From an uncultured Pelagibacteraceae bacterium (GTDB taxonomy: Bacteria > Pseudomonadota > Alphaproteobacteria > Pelagibacterales > Pelagibacteraceae), in contig CACLWW010000005.1 in the NCBI GenBank assembly GCA_902610755.1, positions 194 to 64,193 on the forward strand: DNA of 64,000 bases, read 5' to 3'. How positions within the stretch are numbered: the stretch's first letter is position 1; every line of letters starts with the position of its first letter. Shown here piece by piece: positions 41,784 through 56,632 of the stretch. Made by a program: the position numbers and the translations under genes. The notes beneath the pieces are model-generated. The model made no database searches. It worked only from the letters and a program-made list of their open reading frames with translations, and had not been told where the DNA came from.

Positions 41784-42461
41784 ATGGCGCTAATTGAAAA
41801 AATCATAAATCCGCTAAGCTCTTTTCATCATAGAAGAATTTCAAGATATTTAAACGAATTAGACATTGAAAAAATAATTGATATAGGCGCACATAAAGGT
41901 GAGTTTCTTGAAAACATGCTTAAAATAAAGAAAGTAAATTCTTTTTATGCATTTGAACCTCAAAAAGATATCTTTGAAGAATTAAACAATAAATTTGTTA
42001 AAAACAAAAAAGTAACATTGTTTAATTATGCAATGGATAAAGAGGTTTCAAGTAAAAAATTAAAAATAAATAAAATTAGCATGAAGTCATCCTTAGCTGA
42101 AGCCAATGAAAATTCATTATACTTAAAATTTATAAATTTTTTATCACGATCAAAATCAAATTTTGAAGATGAATATGAGGTTCAAACTATCACGGTGGAT
42201 AAAATTTTTGAAAGAATCAACTTGCAAAAAGCACTTCTCAAAATTGATGTAGAAGGTTTTGAAATGAATGTAATTAAAGGATCCCAAATAAAACTAAAAG
42301 AAATTTCGTTTATTCTCCTGGAAAATCAATTTGGTAACCATTTCAAAAATAACAGTTTTAAAAATATAACAAAACTACTTTCAGATCAAAATTTCAAAAT
42401 AAATAAAAAATTTATTTTTCCAACACTGCATTATCAGGATGTTTTATTTAAAAAAGATTAA
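41784..42461 (+). CDS. FkbM family methyltransferase
   Basis: IDIGAHKG, AFEP, LKIDVEGFE; ATG at 41784 just after tmRNA. Confidence 0.85.
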   Translation: MALIEKIINPLSSFHHRRISRYLNELDIEKIIDIGAHKGEFLENMLKIKKVNSFYAFEPQKDIFEELNNKFVKNKKVTLFNYAMDKEVSSKKLKINKISMKSSLAEANENSLYLKFINFLSRSKSNFEDEYEVQTITVDKIFERINLQKALLKIDVEGFEMNVIKGSQIKLKEISFILLENQFGNHFKNNSFKNITKLLSDQNFKINKKFIFPTLHYQDVLFKKD

Positions 42462-42463
42462 AT

Positions 42464-42835
42464 CTATTTAAGAAATTGATTTAGATTTGGTTTGAAATAA
42501 TTTGGTCCTTTCATAACTTTCCCATTCTCATTGTATATAGGTTTGCCATCATTACCCAATTTACTCATGTTAGAATTTTGAACCTCTTCAAAACATTGAT
42601 CTAAGTTTACACCGAAAGCATGACCCGCTCCATATGTAACATAAAGAATGTCTGTAAGAGCATCAATTGTTTCTTTCAAATCTTTTGTGTTAATTGCTTC
42701 TTTCAACTCTTCAAGCTCTTCCTCTATTAGATCAATTCTTAACTTATTAATCTTATCTGAAGAAAAACTTGGCTTGACTTTAACTTCTTGCCCAAATGTT
42801 TTCATAAATAAACCTACTTTTTCAAAATTTGTCAT
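42464..42835 (-). CDS. MazG-like/PRA-PH NTP pyrophosphohydrolase
   Basis: EELEEL, DALTDILYVTYG, EVQNSNMSK, GKVMKGPNY. Confidence 0.85.
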   Translation of the reverse strand: MTNFEKVGLFMKTFGQEVKVKPSFSSDKINKLRIDLIEEELEELKEAINTKDLKETIDALTDILYVTYGAGHAFGVNLDQCFEEVQNSNMSKLGNDGKPIYNENGKVMKGPNYFKPNLNQFLK

Positions 42836-42892
42836 AAAGCTCCTATATGATTCTAATAACTTTTAATGTATAATATAAAATACATTATCCAA

Positions 42893-44281
42893 ATGAAATT
42901 TAGAAAAGAAATTGATAGCATGGGAAGCATTAAAGTTGATGATAATAAGTACTGGGGTGCTTCAACAGAAAGATCAAAAAAATACTTTGATATAGGGAAA
43001 ATATTAGTAAATAAAACACTAATAAATGCAATTGCTATAATAAAACTCGCTGCTGCTGAGGTTCATAAAAAAGAAAAACAAATTGATGCAAAGATATGTA
43101 ATGCAATAGTTAAGGCTTCTAAGGAGATAATCATAGGCAAACTTGATGGTAACTTTCCACTAAAAGTCTGGCAGACAGGTTCTGGAACACAAACAAATAT
43201 GAATGTGAATGAAGTAATAGCTAATAGGGCAATTCAAATTTTAGGAGGAAAAAAAGGGTCTAAAAAGCCAGTTCACCCTAATGATCATGTAAATAAATCT
43301 CAGTCTACTAATGATGTCTTTCCCACAGCCATGCATATTGCGATAGCAATAGAGACTAAGAAAAAATTACTTCCCTCTTTAAAAGAACTTGCTGTTGAGC
43401 TCAAAACAAAAATCAAAAAATTTAAAAACGTCGTAAAAGTTGGAAGGACACATCTTCAAGATGCAACTCCACTTACATTAGGACAAGAATTTTCGGGATA
43501 TTACTCCCAATTAACTGATTGTATTTCTAGGATTGAAAATTCTTTGAAAGAAATCTTCTTTCTTGCTCAGGGTGGGACTGCAGTCGGAACAGGAATCAAC
43601 TCAAAAAAAAATTTTGATGTAAAAATTTGCAGAGAAATTAGTAAATTGGCTAAAATTAAATTTTATCCAGCCAAAAATAAATTTGCAGCACTAGCTGCCC
43701 ATGATGCAATTGTAAATTTTTCAGGAACTTTAAACACAACAGCAGTTTGTTTGATGAAAATTGCTAATGATATTCGTTTCCTCGGCTCAGGGCCTAGGGC
43801 AGGTTATGGAGAACTAATATTACCTGCAAATGAACCTGGTTCGTCAATAATGCCGGGAAAAGTCAATCCAACACAATGTGAGGCTGTCACAATGGTTTGT
43901 GTAAAAGTAATTGGCAATCATACAGGAATTACATTAGCTGGATCTCAAGGACAATTTGAATTAAATGTTTTCAAACCTCTTATCGCCCATAATATTCTGC
44001 AATCTATAGATCTTTTATCAGACAGTTCAAAAAATTTTTCACGATTTTGTATTAAGGGAATTAAAGCAAATTTAAAAAAAATTAATCACGATTTAAATAA
44101 CTCATTAATGTTAGTCACTGCTTTAGCACCAAAAGTAGGTTATGACAACGCAGCCAAAATAGCAAAATCTGCTCTTAAAAATAAAACTACATTGAAATTT
44201 GAAGCAACAAAAACTGGTCTTGTTTCTGAAGAAGAGTTTGACAAAATTGTGGATCCAAAAAAAATGACTTATCCAGCATAA
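42893..44281 (+). CDS. fumC: Class II fumarate hydratase
   Basis: WQTGSGTQTNMN, GRTHLQDATP, GSSIMPGKVNPTQ. Confidence 0.97.
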   Translation: MKFRKEIDSMGSIKVDDNKYWGASTERSKKYFDIGKILVNKTLINAIAIIKLAAAEVHKKEKQIDAKICNAIVKASKEIIIGKLDGNFPLKVWQTGSGTQTNMNVNEVIANRAIQILGGKKGSKKPVHPNDHVNKSQSTNDVFPTAMHIAIAIETKKKLLPSLKELAVELKTKIKKFKNVVKVGRTHLQDATPLTLGQEFSGYYSQLTDCISRIENSLKEIFFLAQGGTAVGTGINSKKNFDVKICREISKLAKIKFYPAKNKFAALAAHDAIVNFSGTLNTTAVCLMKIANDIRFLGSGPRAGYGELILPANEPGSSIMPGKVNPTQCEAVTMVCVKVIGNHTGITLAGSQGQFELNVFKPLIAHNILQSIDLLSDSSKNFSRFCIKGIKANLKKINHDLNNSLMLVTALAPKVGYDNAAKIAKSALKNKTTLKFEATKTGLVSEEEFDKIVDPKKMTYPA

Positions 44282-45834
44282 CTGGATAAAATTTTATTAA
44301 CAAAACTTCTTAAGCTAATCCAATTGTTTATCGTAATAGATTTATTGTTAAAACTATAAATCAGATTATCAAGGTTATCATTCATTTCTGGGTTATTTTC
44401 GTTTAATGATATAAAAAATATTTTAGCATCAAACCTTGATAAGTTATAAATTAATCCAAAATTCACTTGATCTAGCTCTTTCTGGTTTTTTTTTGAAACT
44501 AAAAATTTTCTATAAAACTTATTTTTGTCAAAAATCTCAAAGTTAAATTTTCCTTTGAAAAATACATCATTCTCCTCTAAATAAATAGTTCCATAATTAA
44601 GGTTTAAATTCCCAATTTTTTTGTTCAATAATTTTGAATTACTTAACTCTATTTTTTCTCCAACATAATTTGAATTTATCAAAATTTCATTGAAGAAGCC
44701 TCCATTGATAACGTTGTTACTTTTAATCACCAGTCTTCCATTAAAATTTTCATTTAATAAAAATTCTTGAGAAAAGATTTCATCAAAAATATTCTTATTT
44801 GGAAAAATTTTTTTTATGTCAATTCTTTGAATTTTTGAGTTAATTTGAAAATCAAATGGTTCTAAATTAATTTTTCCTTTATAATCAAATTTATTTGTTC
44901 CAAGAAATGAATTATTAGACTCTAAATTAATTGAGTCTTCTTTAAAAAAATAATTAGTATTTAATTTAGACCTTTTAAAATTTACTTTTAAATTTTTAAC
45001 TTGATCCTTTTTTTTTGACTTGTTTAAAAAACTTAATTTTAATGGATTTAATTTGATTTTTGTAATGTTCTCTTCTGAATTTTCATCATATTTCCAATCT
45101 AAGATGAATGGAATATTAAAAATTTTTCCCTTTGAAATTAAGGAATTTTCTTTCTTAAACTCATCATAAAATATAAGTATATTTTCAAGTGAAAGGAAAG
45201 AAACAATTTGACCTTCGTCACTCTTATAAAAAATTTTGCTTTTTAAAATTTTTATAGAATTTTTTGAAAATCTATTATTCAAAAAATTATTGATAAAATT
45301 AAAATCAGAATTTTCGACGAAAAAATTTGCATTTTTTATTTCAATCTTTTTAATAATATTATTTATCTTAAAAAAATTGTTTTGATTAATAAAAATTCTT
45401 AATTTTTTTATTTGGCTAAACTCTTTTTGATATCCCATTTTCTCTGTAAATATTACGACATCATTTATAATGTAATGTGGTTTTGGAAGAATTGAATATT
45501 TAATGTCAGGGGTTAGTGCAAAGTCTAAGTTGTATTCTTTTTTTAATTTTTGTTCTAATTCTTTTTGTATATTCTCGCTAATCACTATACCTGGGATTGA
45601 GAGATAAAGAAGATATAAAAAAAATATAATACTTAGTACAAATAAAGCATAATTTAATTGAAATTTTTCAGATATATAATTTTCTATGTTTTTTTTATTA
45701 AATTGGTTAAAGCTAATCTTCCAAGGGCTTTTAGACATATTGAATAATGCGAAAAATTTACTAAACAGCTTAATTAGTATATTTTTCTTAAAAAAATTTT
45801 TTTGTAGGAATGGCCGAATTTTAAATTTTTTCAT
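44269..45834 (-). CDS. Hypothetical membrane-anchored protein, possibly AsmA-like
   Basis: About 520 aa, one N-terminal TM (YLLYLSIP), beta-rich N/K/I/F composition; start taken at MKKFK to avoid overlapping uvrD. Confidence 0.5.
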   Translation of the reverse strand: MKKFKIRPFLQKNFFKKNILIKLFSKFFALFNMSKSPWKISFNQFNKKNIENYISEKFQLNYALFVLSIIFFLYLLYLSIPGIVISENIQKELEQKLKKEYNLDFALTPDIKYSILPKPHYIINDVVIFTEKMGYQKEFSQIKKLRIFINQNNFFKINNIIKKIEIKNANFFVENSDFNFINNFLNNRFSKNSIKILKSKIFYKSDEGQIVSFLSLENILIFYDEFKKENSLISKGKIFNIPFILDWKYDENSEENITKIKLNPLKLSFLNKSKKKDQVKNLKVNFKRSKLNTNYFFKEDSINLESNNSFLGTNKFDYKGKINLEPFDFQINSKIQRIDIKKIFPNKNIFDEIFSQEFLLNENFNGRLVIKSNNVINGGFFNEILINSNYVGEKIELSNSKLLNKKIGNLNLNYGTIYLEENDVFFKGKFNFEIFDKNKFYRKFLVSKKNQKELDQVNFGLIYNLSRFDAKIFFISLNENNPEMNDNLDNLIYSFNNKSITINNWISLRSFVNKILSSYAG

Positions 45835-45869
45835 TTTTTTATAAAATGACTTATAGTGATTTAAAATAA

Positions 45870-47896
45870 ATGATAAACTCTGAATATCTAGAAAAATTAA
45901 ATAATTTTCAAAAAGAGGCGGTTTTGCATACATCAGGTCCGCTATTAATTGTTGCTGGCGCTGGTTCTGGAAAAACAAAGGTTCTTACATCAAGAATTGC
46001 AAATATAGTTGAAAAAAATCTTGCCTTTCCAAATGAAATACTGGCCGTAACTTTCACTAATAAAGCAGCTAGGGAAATGCAAAATAGGATAAGTTTGATA
46101 CTTAAAAAGAAAGCAGTTGGTCTTCCTTGGCTCGGAACTTTCCACTCTATATGTGCAAAGATATTAAGAAAACATGCAAAGGCTGTAAATTTAACTCAGA
46201 ATTTTACAATAATAGATCAAGACGATCAGCAAAGATTAATAAAAAATATTTGTAAAAGTAATAATATTGATATCAAAAAAATTTCTCCAAATTTTGTACT
46301 AGCCTTAATAAATAAGTGGAAAAATTCAGGTTGGTATCCAAAAGATGTCAAAATTTCCAGAGGACAGATTTTAGAGAAAAATATGTTAGAAGTTTACAAC
46401 GTATATCAAAAGAAACTTACTGATTTGAATGCTTGTGATTTTGGAGATTTAATTCTCCACTGTGTTAAAATTTTTGAAGAAAATCAGGACATCAATAAAA
46501 TTTACTCAAAAAAGTTTAAATATATTCTGGTAGATGAGTATCAGGATACAAATTATATACAAAGCAAATGGCTAAAGCACTTAACCTTATTGCACAACAA
46601 TATTTGTTGTGTAGGTGATGATGATCAATCGATTTATAGTTGGAGAGGTGCTGAGATCAAAAATTTTTTAGAATTTGATAAGGTTTATGAGAATACAAAA
46701 ATTATAAGACTAGAAGATAATTATAGATCAACTCAAAACATTTTAAATGTTGCTTCCCATTTAATTTCTAATAATGAAAACAGGCTCGGGAAAAAATTGA
46801 ATTCAAATAAAAAAGAGGGTGAGAAAATTAGATTAAATTGCTATAGAAACGGTAAAGATGAAGCTATAGGCGTATCAGATATAATTGAAAATGAGCTTAA
46901 AAAAAAATATTCATACAACAATGTTGCTATTCTCGTTAGAGCAATATTTCAGACAAGGGAATTTGAGGAAAGATTTTTAAAGATAGGTCTACCATACAGA
47001 ATATTAGGTGGGACTAAATTCTACGAAAGAGCTGAAATTAAAAATTGTATCTCTTATTTACGTATCATTCAACATGAGAAAGATGATCTCGCTTTTGAAA
47101 GAATAGCAAATGTTCCGAAGAGATCTATAGGGGAAAGTTCATTGAAACAAATAAATGAATATGCAAGAAAAAATAGTTTATCATTAGAAACTGCTTCCCA
47201 AAATTTGATTAGTCAGAATTTAATCAAACCCAAGACTAAATTAGGGCTCTTGTCATTTTTAAATATGATTAATAAATGGAGGAATGATCACCTCATTAAG
47301 AAAACAAATCATGTCAAACTCTTACAAATCATATTAGATGAGTCTGGTTATTCAGCCTCGTTAAAGGATAAAAAAGATTTAGAAAACGAAAATAGACTTG
47401 AAAACATAAAGGAGCTTTTAAGCGCAATGAAAGAATTTGATAACTTAGAAAGTTTTCTTGAACATGTCTCTTTAGCAACGTCTATTGATCAGCAGTGGGA
47501 AGGTGAAAAAATAAATTTAATGACTATGCATGCATCTAAAGGTTTAGAATTTGACGCGGTGTTCCTGCCTTGTTGGGAAGAGGGAATGTTTCCTCATCAA
47601 AAATCTATAGATGAGAAAGGTCAAAACGGTCTTGAAGAGGAAAGACGTCTTGCATATGTAGGTATTACTAGAGCGAAAGATTTAAGTTTTATATCCTTTT
47701 CTTTAAATAGATTCTACCAAGGCGATTGGATAGATAGTTTATCATCAAGATTTGTTGATGAACTTCCAGAAAAGTTTATTGAGAAGAATAACAATTTAGA
47801 GAGAGATGATCAAGATTTCGACTTTAATCAGGATATAGATAATGATAATGAGAATTTTAGAAGCCCGGGATGGATCAGATATCAAAAAAGATTAAA

Positions 47897-47900
<4 letters not shown>
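45870..47900 (+). CDS. uvrD: UvrD/PcrA DNA helicase
   Basis: AGAGSGKT, TFTNKAA, DEYQD, GDDDQSIY, HASKGLEF, EERRLAYVGITRA. Confidence 0.96.
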
Positions 47901-52436
<4,536 letters not shown>

Positions 52437-52469
52437 AAGTATGCAACTTTAAGATAATATAAACTAATC

Positions 52470-53390
52470 TTATGCGATAGACTTTAGAATATTCTTGTTC
52501 AAAAAGGAATGCGGAATATTTTTCTCTTTTAGCTCGATTATTGAGAAATTTTCATTTTTACTAAGCAATTTTCTTAAGCCCTGATTAGTAATGTTATGAC
52601 CACCTTGACAAGAAGTAATTTTCCCGACCATTTTAAAACCCGATAGATATAGATCCCCAAGGCAATCTAGTATTTTGTGATTAACAAATTCTTTTTCATT
52701 TCTTAATTGTTCTTTATTCAGTACTTTATTTTGTTTAACAACTATCGCATTATCTAGAGATCCACCTTTACCAAGATTCAAGTTTTTAAGTTTTTCGATA
52801 TCCTCATATAAGCAAAATGTTCTGGAATTAAACATGTCAGTTAAATCATCCATATAAATATTAATATTGTTTTTCTGGGTGTTTATTAACTCATTTTTAA
52901 AGTTTATCTCAAAATCAATTTCTAAACTTATTTTACTTGGTTTAAAAGAGATAGACTTTTCACCCTCTTTGTAATTTATTTCTTTATCTATAGTTATAAT
53001 TTTGATTGGCTGGTCGCTTATTTCTAAATCTACTAAGTCAATTGCTTCTACAAAATTTTTTGAAGACCCATCAAGTATTGGTACTTCTTCAGAGTCTATT
53101 TCTATTAATAAGTTGTCTACACCTTTTCCATATAGAGCCGCCATTAAATGCTCAATTGTTGAGACAGATACACCATATTCATTTGAAATTTTAGTGCAGT
53201 AAGAGGCACTTGAAACATTAAACACACTTGGATAAATTATATTATTAGAAGATAAATCAGTTCTTTTAAAATATATGCCAATATTTGGTTTTTGAGGAAC
53301 TAATGTAATATTGACCTTTTTTCCTGAATGAAGACCAATTCCAGACAGATTGATTTTTTTTTTTAGTGTTTTTTGTTTTAAAACTGACAT
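52470..53390 (-). CDS. lpxC: UDP-3-O-acyl-GlcNAc deacetylase
   Basis: GIGLHSG, TIEHLMAAL, SRTF, HKILDCLGD, GGH. Confidence 0.96.
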   Translation of the reverse strand: MSVLKQKTLKKKINLSGIGLHSGKKVNITLVPQKPNIGIYFKRTDLSSNNIIYPSVFNVSSASYCTKISNEYGVSVSTIEHLMAALYGKGVDNLLIEIDSEEVPILDGSSKNFVEAIDLVDLEISDQPIKIITIDKEINYKEGEKSISFKPSKISLEIDFEINFKNELINTQKNNINIYMDDLTDMFNSRTFCLYEDIEKLKNLNLGKGGSLDNAIVVKQNKVLNKEQLRNEKEFVNHKILDCLGDLYLSGFKMVGKITSCQGGHNITNQGLRKLLSKNENFSIIELKEKNIPHSFLNKNILKSIA

Positions 53391-53457
53391 TCAACGAACT
53401 TATATTCGTCTCTAAAATTAAAGAAAAAACAAGTTATGTTACAAAACAATACAAAAT

Positions 53458-54162
53458 TTAACCAAAAAAATTGAACATTTTTTCAAATAAACCTTTTTTT
53501 TTACTATAAAGTCTATGCGTAATGACCTCTAGAGGGTTAATTCCATCAATTACCCTCTTGCCAGCAACACAAGGGCTTGTATCACCTTTTTCTGCAAACT
53601 TACTTGAATATTGATGACTGATGATTTTTTTTACCTCAATATTACAATCTTTAAAGATTTTATTTAATGTTTTTACTGTTGAGTTCTCAACTGTGATAAA
53701 ACTAACTTCAACAATAAGTTCTTTATAACTTATGTTATCTGGAAATTCTAAATATTCCTCATCATCAAGTATGTATTTATTAACTAATAAATGTAATATA
53801 ACGCAATCTTTATTGTTTTTAATAATTTGTTGTTTAGCATCACTAATTAGTCTTTCAACATCAGCCTCTTTTATTTTATTAGAATGGTATTTATTTTTTA
53901 AACTTAAAGAAAATTGATCATATTTGGCATCGGTGATTACATAAACTTTTTCGATAAAACTTCCGATGTCTTTTTCAAAATCTTTGACTTTTTCTAAAAT
54001 AAATTTTGATAGTATAATAAGATTAAGATTATTACCAAAAGTGTCTGGCATTAAGTAGTTTTTTTGATATCCTGAATTTGAGTCTTTGAAACCAAAACAA
54101 TCGATATAAAATTTCTGACCAACTAATGCAATATAAAAAGATTGATTCTCATTATTAATCAT
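53458..54162 (-). CDS. ftsA: Degenerate/short FtsA-like protein
   Basis: Directly after ftsQ; SHS2-like ILHLLVNKYILD segment; C-terminal amphipathic KKGLFEKMFNFFG; only 234 aa, with no DIGT/DIGGG motifs. Confidence 0.6.
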   Translation of the reverse strand: MINNENQSFYIALVGQKFYIDCFGFKDSNSGYQKNYLMPDTFGNNLNLIILSKFILEKVKDFEKDIGSFIEKVYVITDAKYDQFSLSLKNKYHSNKIKEADVERLISDAKQQIIKNNKDCVILHLLVNKYILDDEEYLEFPDNISYKELIVEVSFITVENSTVKTLNKIFKDCNIEVKKIISHQYSSKFAEKGDTSPCVAGKRVIDGINPLEVITHRLYSKKKGLFEKMFNFFG

Positions 54163-54829
54163 AAGTTATTACCTTATTAGGAATTCTTAAATCTATTATT
54201 CTTGATTTATTAAATTTTTCATCATTAATAACTTTAAACCCGAAGTTTAAATCATCAATTGTAAAATCAACTGGAAACCTAATTTTTTTTTCATTTTCTA
54301 ATTCTATATCTATTCTTTTGCTTGTAAAAAAATTAATTTTTTCGATATTTTTAATATCAAAATCAGATTTATTAAAAATTTCTATTGTTTGAAAAACCTT
54401 TTTCATATCACTAGTCCCGGTAACTTCAGGAATATTTTTCGGCAAAGTTTTTAAATCGATTATTTTTCCATTATTTCCTAAAATTACTAATTCATTTGAA
54501 TTTTTTATAACACTTATAGCCACAGCGGACTCAAGGTAAACTTTTATCTTGTTTGGATATATCTTTTTTACATTATAATTTTTTACTAAGTTTATAGAAT
54601 TAATAAGTTCAAATGACTTCTTATTTATTACAAAAATATTTGACCCAACTAAATCAGTTAATTTATTTTCCAAAAATGAATTATCTGCTTTATTTAAACC
54701 AATTACTTCTACTTTTTTTATAATGAAAAAGTTATTATATTTAAAATTTGAGTTATGTATTGAGGATAAAATTATTAATATAATCAAATAGAAAAAAATA
54801 TATTTTTTCTTATCTATTTTTTGAAGCAT
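54155..54829 (-). CDS. ftsQ: Cell division protein FtsQ/DivIB
   Basis: TM, POTRA-like (IKKVEVIG..KKIYPNKIKV), C-terminal IDLRIP; follows ddl. Confidence 0.8.
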   Translation of the reverse strand: MLQKIDKKKYIFFYLIILIILSSIHNSNFKYNNFFIIKKVEVIGLNKADNSFLENKLTDLVGSNIFVINKKSFELINSINLVKNYNVKKIYPNKIKVYLESAVAISVIKNSNELVILGNNGKIIDLKTLPKNIPEVTGTSDMKKVFQTIEIFNKSDFDIKNIEKINFFTSKRIDIELENEKKIRFPVDFTIDDLNFGFKVINDEKFNKSRIIDLRIPNKVITYD

Positions 54830-55724
54830 CTTTTATAATCCATTCTATTAAAGAAAAGAAATTTATTCCATGATGTAATGCTATCTCTGGAACTAATGAA
54901 AGATTTGTCATTCCCGGTTGAGTATTAAGTTCCAAAAGGTAAAACTTTCCATCATTAAATCTAAAATCGGATCTGGAAATCCCTTTGCACTTTAAAACTT
55001 TGTGAGCTTTTAAAGCAATATTCATCACCTTTTGATATTCTTTTGTTTTAATATTTACTGGAATAATATGTTTTGTTTTTGCCTTAGAACTGTACTTAGC
55101 CTTATAGTCGTAAAACTTTCTTTTTGGTTTTAACTCTATCGCTCCTAATTTTTTTTTGCCAAGAATCGCAACTTGAATTTCTCTTCCTGGTATAAATTCT
55201 TCCACTAAAATTTCATCATAAGCTTTAAGTTTTTTTAAATTATTAATAATATTTTTTTCATTACAAATATAAACACCTAAACTTGATCCCTCATTTATAG
55301 GTTTAATGACTACAGGAAACTTAATTTTTTTTTTTAATAATTTTATAATTTCTTTTTTTTTTTTTAAATTTGTTTTTATTTTTTGAAATTTTGGTGTTAA
55401 AATTTTATTTTTAATAAATAATTTTTTTGAAATTTCTTTATCCATCGCCATCATTGATGATAGAACACCCGAATGGGTGTATTTAAGACCTTTGCTCTCT
55501 AAATAAGTTTGAATGAAACCATCTTCACCAAATCTGCCGTGCAAAGCATTAAAAACAACATGAGGAGAAAATTTTTCAATATTTTTTGTCAAATTTTCAT
55601 CAGGTTCAACTATTCTACAATTATATTTTTTTTTTATAGTGTTCTTCACTGCTTTTGCAGTTTTCAGACTAATAGACCTTTCTCCTGAGATACCACCTCC
55701 AAGAATAAGAATTCTTTTTTTCAT
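54810..55724 (-). CDS. ddl: D-alanine--D-alanine ligase
   Basis: GGISGER.IS, LHGRFGEDG, EGSSLG, YDY.AKY, ELNTQPG. Confidence 0.95.
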   Translation of the reverse strand: MKKRILILGGGISGERSISLKTAKAVKNTIKKKYNCRIVEPDENLTKNIEKFSPHVVFNALHGRFGEDGFIQTYLESKGLKYTHSGVLSSMMAMDKEISKKLFIKNKILTPKFQKIKTNLKKKKEIIKLLKKKIKFPVVIKPINEGSSLGVYICNEKNIINNLKKLKAYDEILVEEFIPGREIQVAILGKKKLGAIELKPKRKFYDYKAKYSSKAKTKHIIPVNIKTKEYQKVMNIALKAHKVLKCKGISRSDFRFNDGKFYLLELNTQPGMTNLSLVPEIALHHGINFFSLIEWIIKDASKNR

Positions 55725-56630
55725 CTATTCTATTATTTCTATCTCAAGATCTAAAGATATGCCTGTTTTTTTTTTGACTTCGTCTCTTACAAAATTAATC
55801 AACTTGTTCATTTCAGAAAAAGAGGCATTTTTTGAATTAACGAAGAAATTACTATGTTTAGATGAAATTTTAGCATCTCCAAAACTAATATCTTCAGGCA
55901 CACATTCACGAATAAGTTCCCAAACTTTTCTTTGAGAGCTTTTGACTGGATTTTTAAAAGTGCTTCCTCCAGTTTTGACTCTAAGAGGTTGAGATGATTC
56001 TTTTAGTTTTTTTAATCTTTCGATTTCTTTTCTTATTAATTTCTTACTACTCTTTTTACATTCAAATGTTGCACTTAAAAAGATTAAATCATTAGGCAAA
56101 TTGCACTCTCTATAACCAAAAATAATATCCTTTGATCTAATCGAACCTACTTTTCCTTCAAAATCTACTACCTGAATTGAAACTAAAAAATCTTTAAATT
56201 CAGACCCGAAACATCCGGAATTCATTCTAATCCCACCTCCTACGGAACCCGGTATGCAGGACAAAAATTCTAAACCAGATAAACCATTTTCACAGGCAAA
56301 GTCAGAGACATTTTTATCTAAAGATGAACAGCCAGCAATTAATTTATTATCATCGATCAATGAAATATTGCTAAAATTTTTACCCAACTTAATAAAAATT
56401 TTTTCCCCCAAATTTTCACTGATTAAAAGATTAGATCCTGCTCCTAAAACATGTTTTTTATATTTTGGTACTATCTTTAAAAAACTTATTAGCTCTTTTA
56501 AATTTTCTGGTTTAAAAAAAACCTTTGCTGAACCACCAATATTCATCCAACTCAAATTTTTAAGAGAGAAATCAAATTTTATATTAGAATTGTTTTGATC
56601 TCTAAAGATTTTAAATTCTTGCATGTTCAT
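55725..56630 (-). CDS. murB: UDP-N-acetylmuramate dehydrogenase
   Basis: GAGSNLL, IPGSVGGGIRMNSG, GGSTFKNP, HSNF. Confidence 0.94.
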   Translation of the reverse strand: MNMQEFKIFRDQNNSNIKFDFSLKNLSWMNIGGSAKVFFKPENLKELISFLKIVPKYKKHVLGAGSNLLISENLGEKIFIKLGKNFSNISLIDDNKLIAGCSSLDKNVSDFACENGLSGLEFLSCIPGSVGGGIRMNSGCFGSEFKDFLVSIQVVDFEGKVGSIRSKDIIFGYRECNLPNDLIFLSATFECKKSSKKLIRKEIERLKKLKESSQPLRVKTGGSTFKNPVKSSQRKVWELIRECVPEDISFGDAKISSKHSNFFVNSKNASFSEMNKLINFVRDEVKKKTGISLDLEIEIIE

Positions 56631-56632
56631 TG

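Noticed and set aside
40528-42835. Prophage remnant (thyX and MazG-like genes are common in phages)
   Set aside because: No structural, terminase or integrase genes; both genes are embedded in core synteny
45835-45978. Long head-to-head overlap of the orphan ORF with uvrD
   Set aside because: Artifact of longest-ORF calling; the ATG at 45834 removes the overlap
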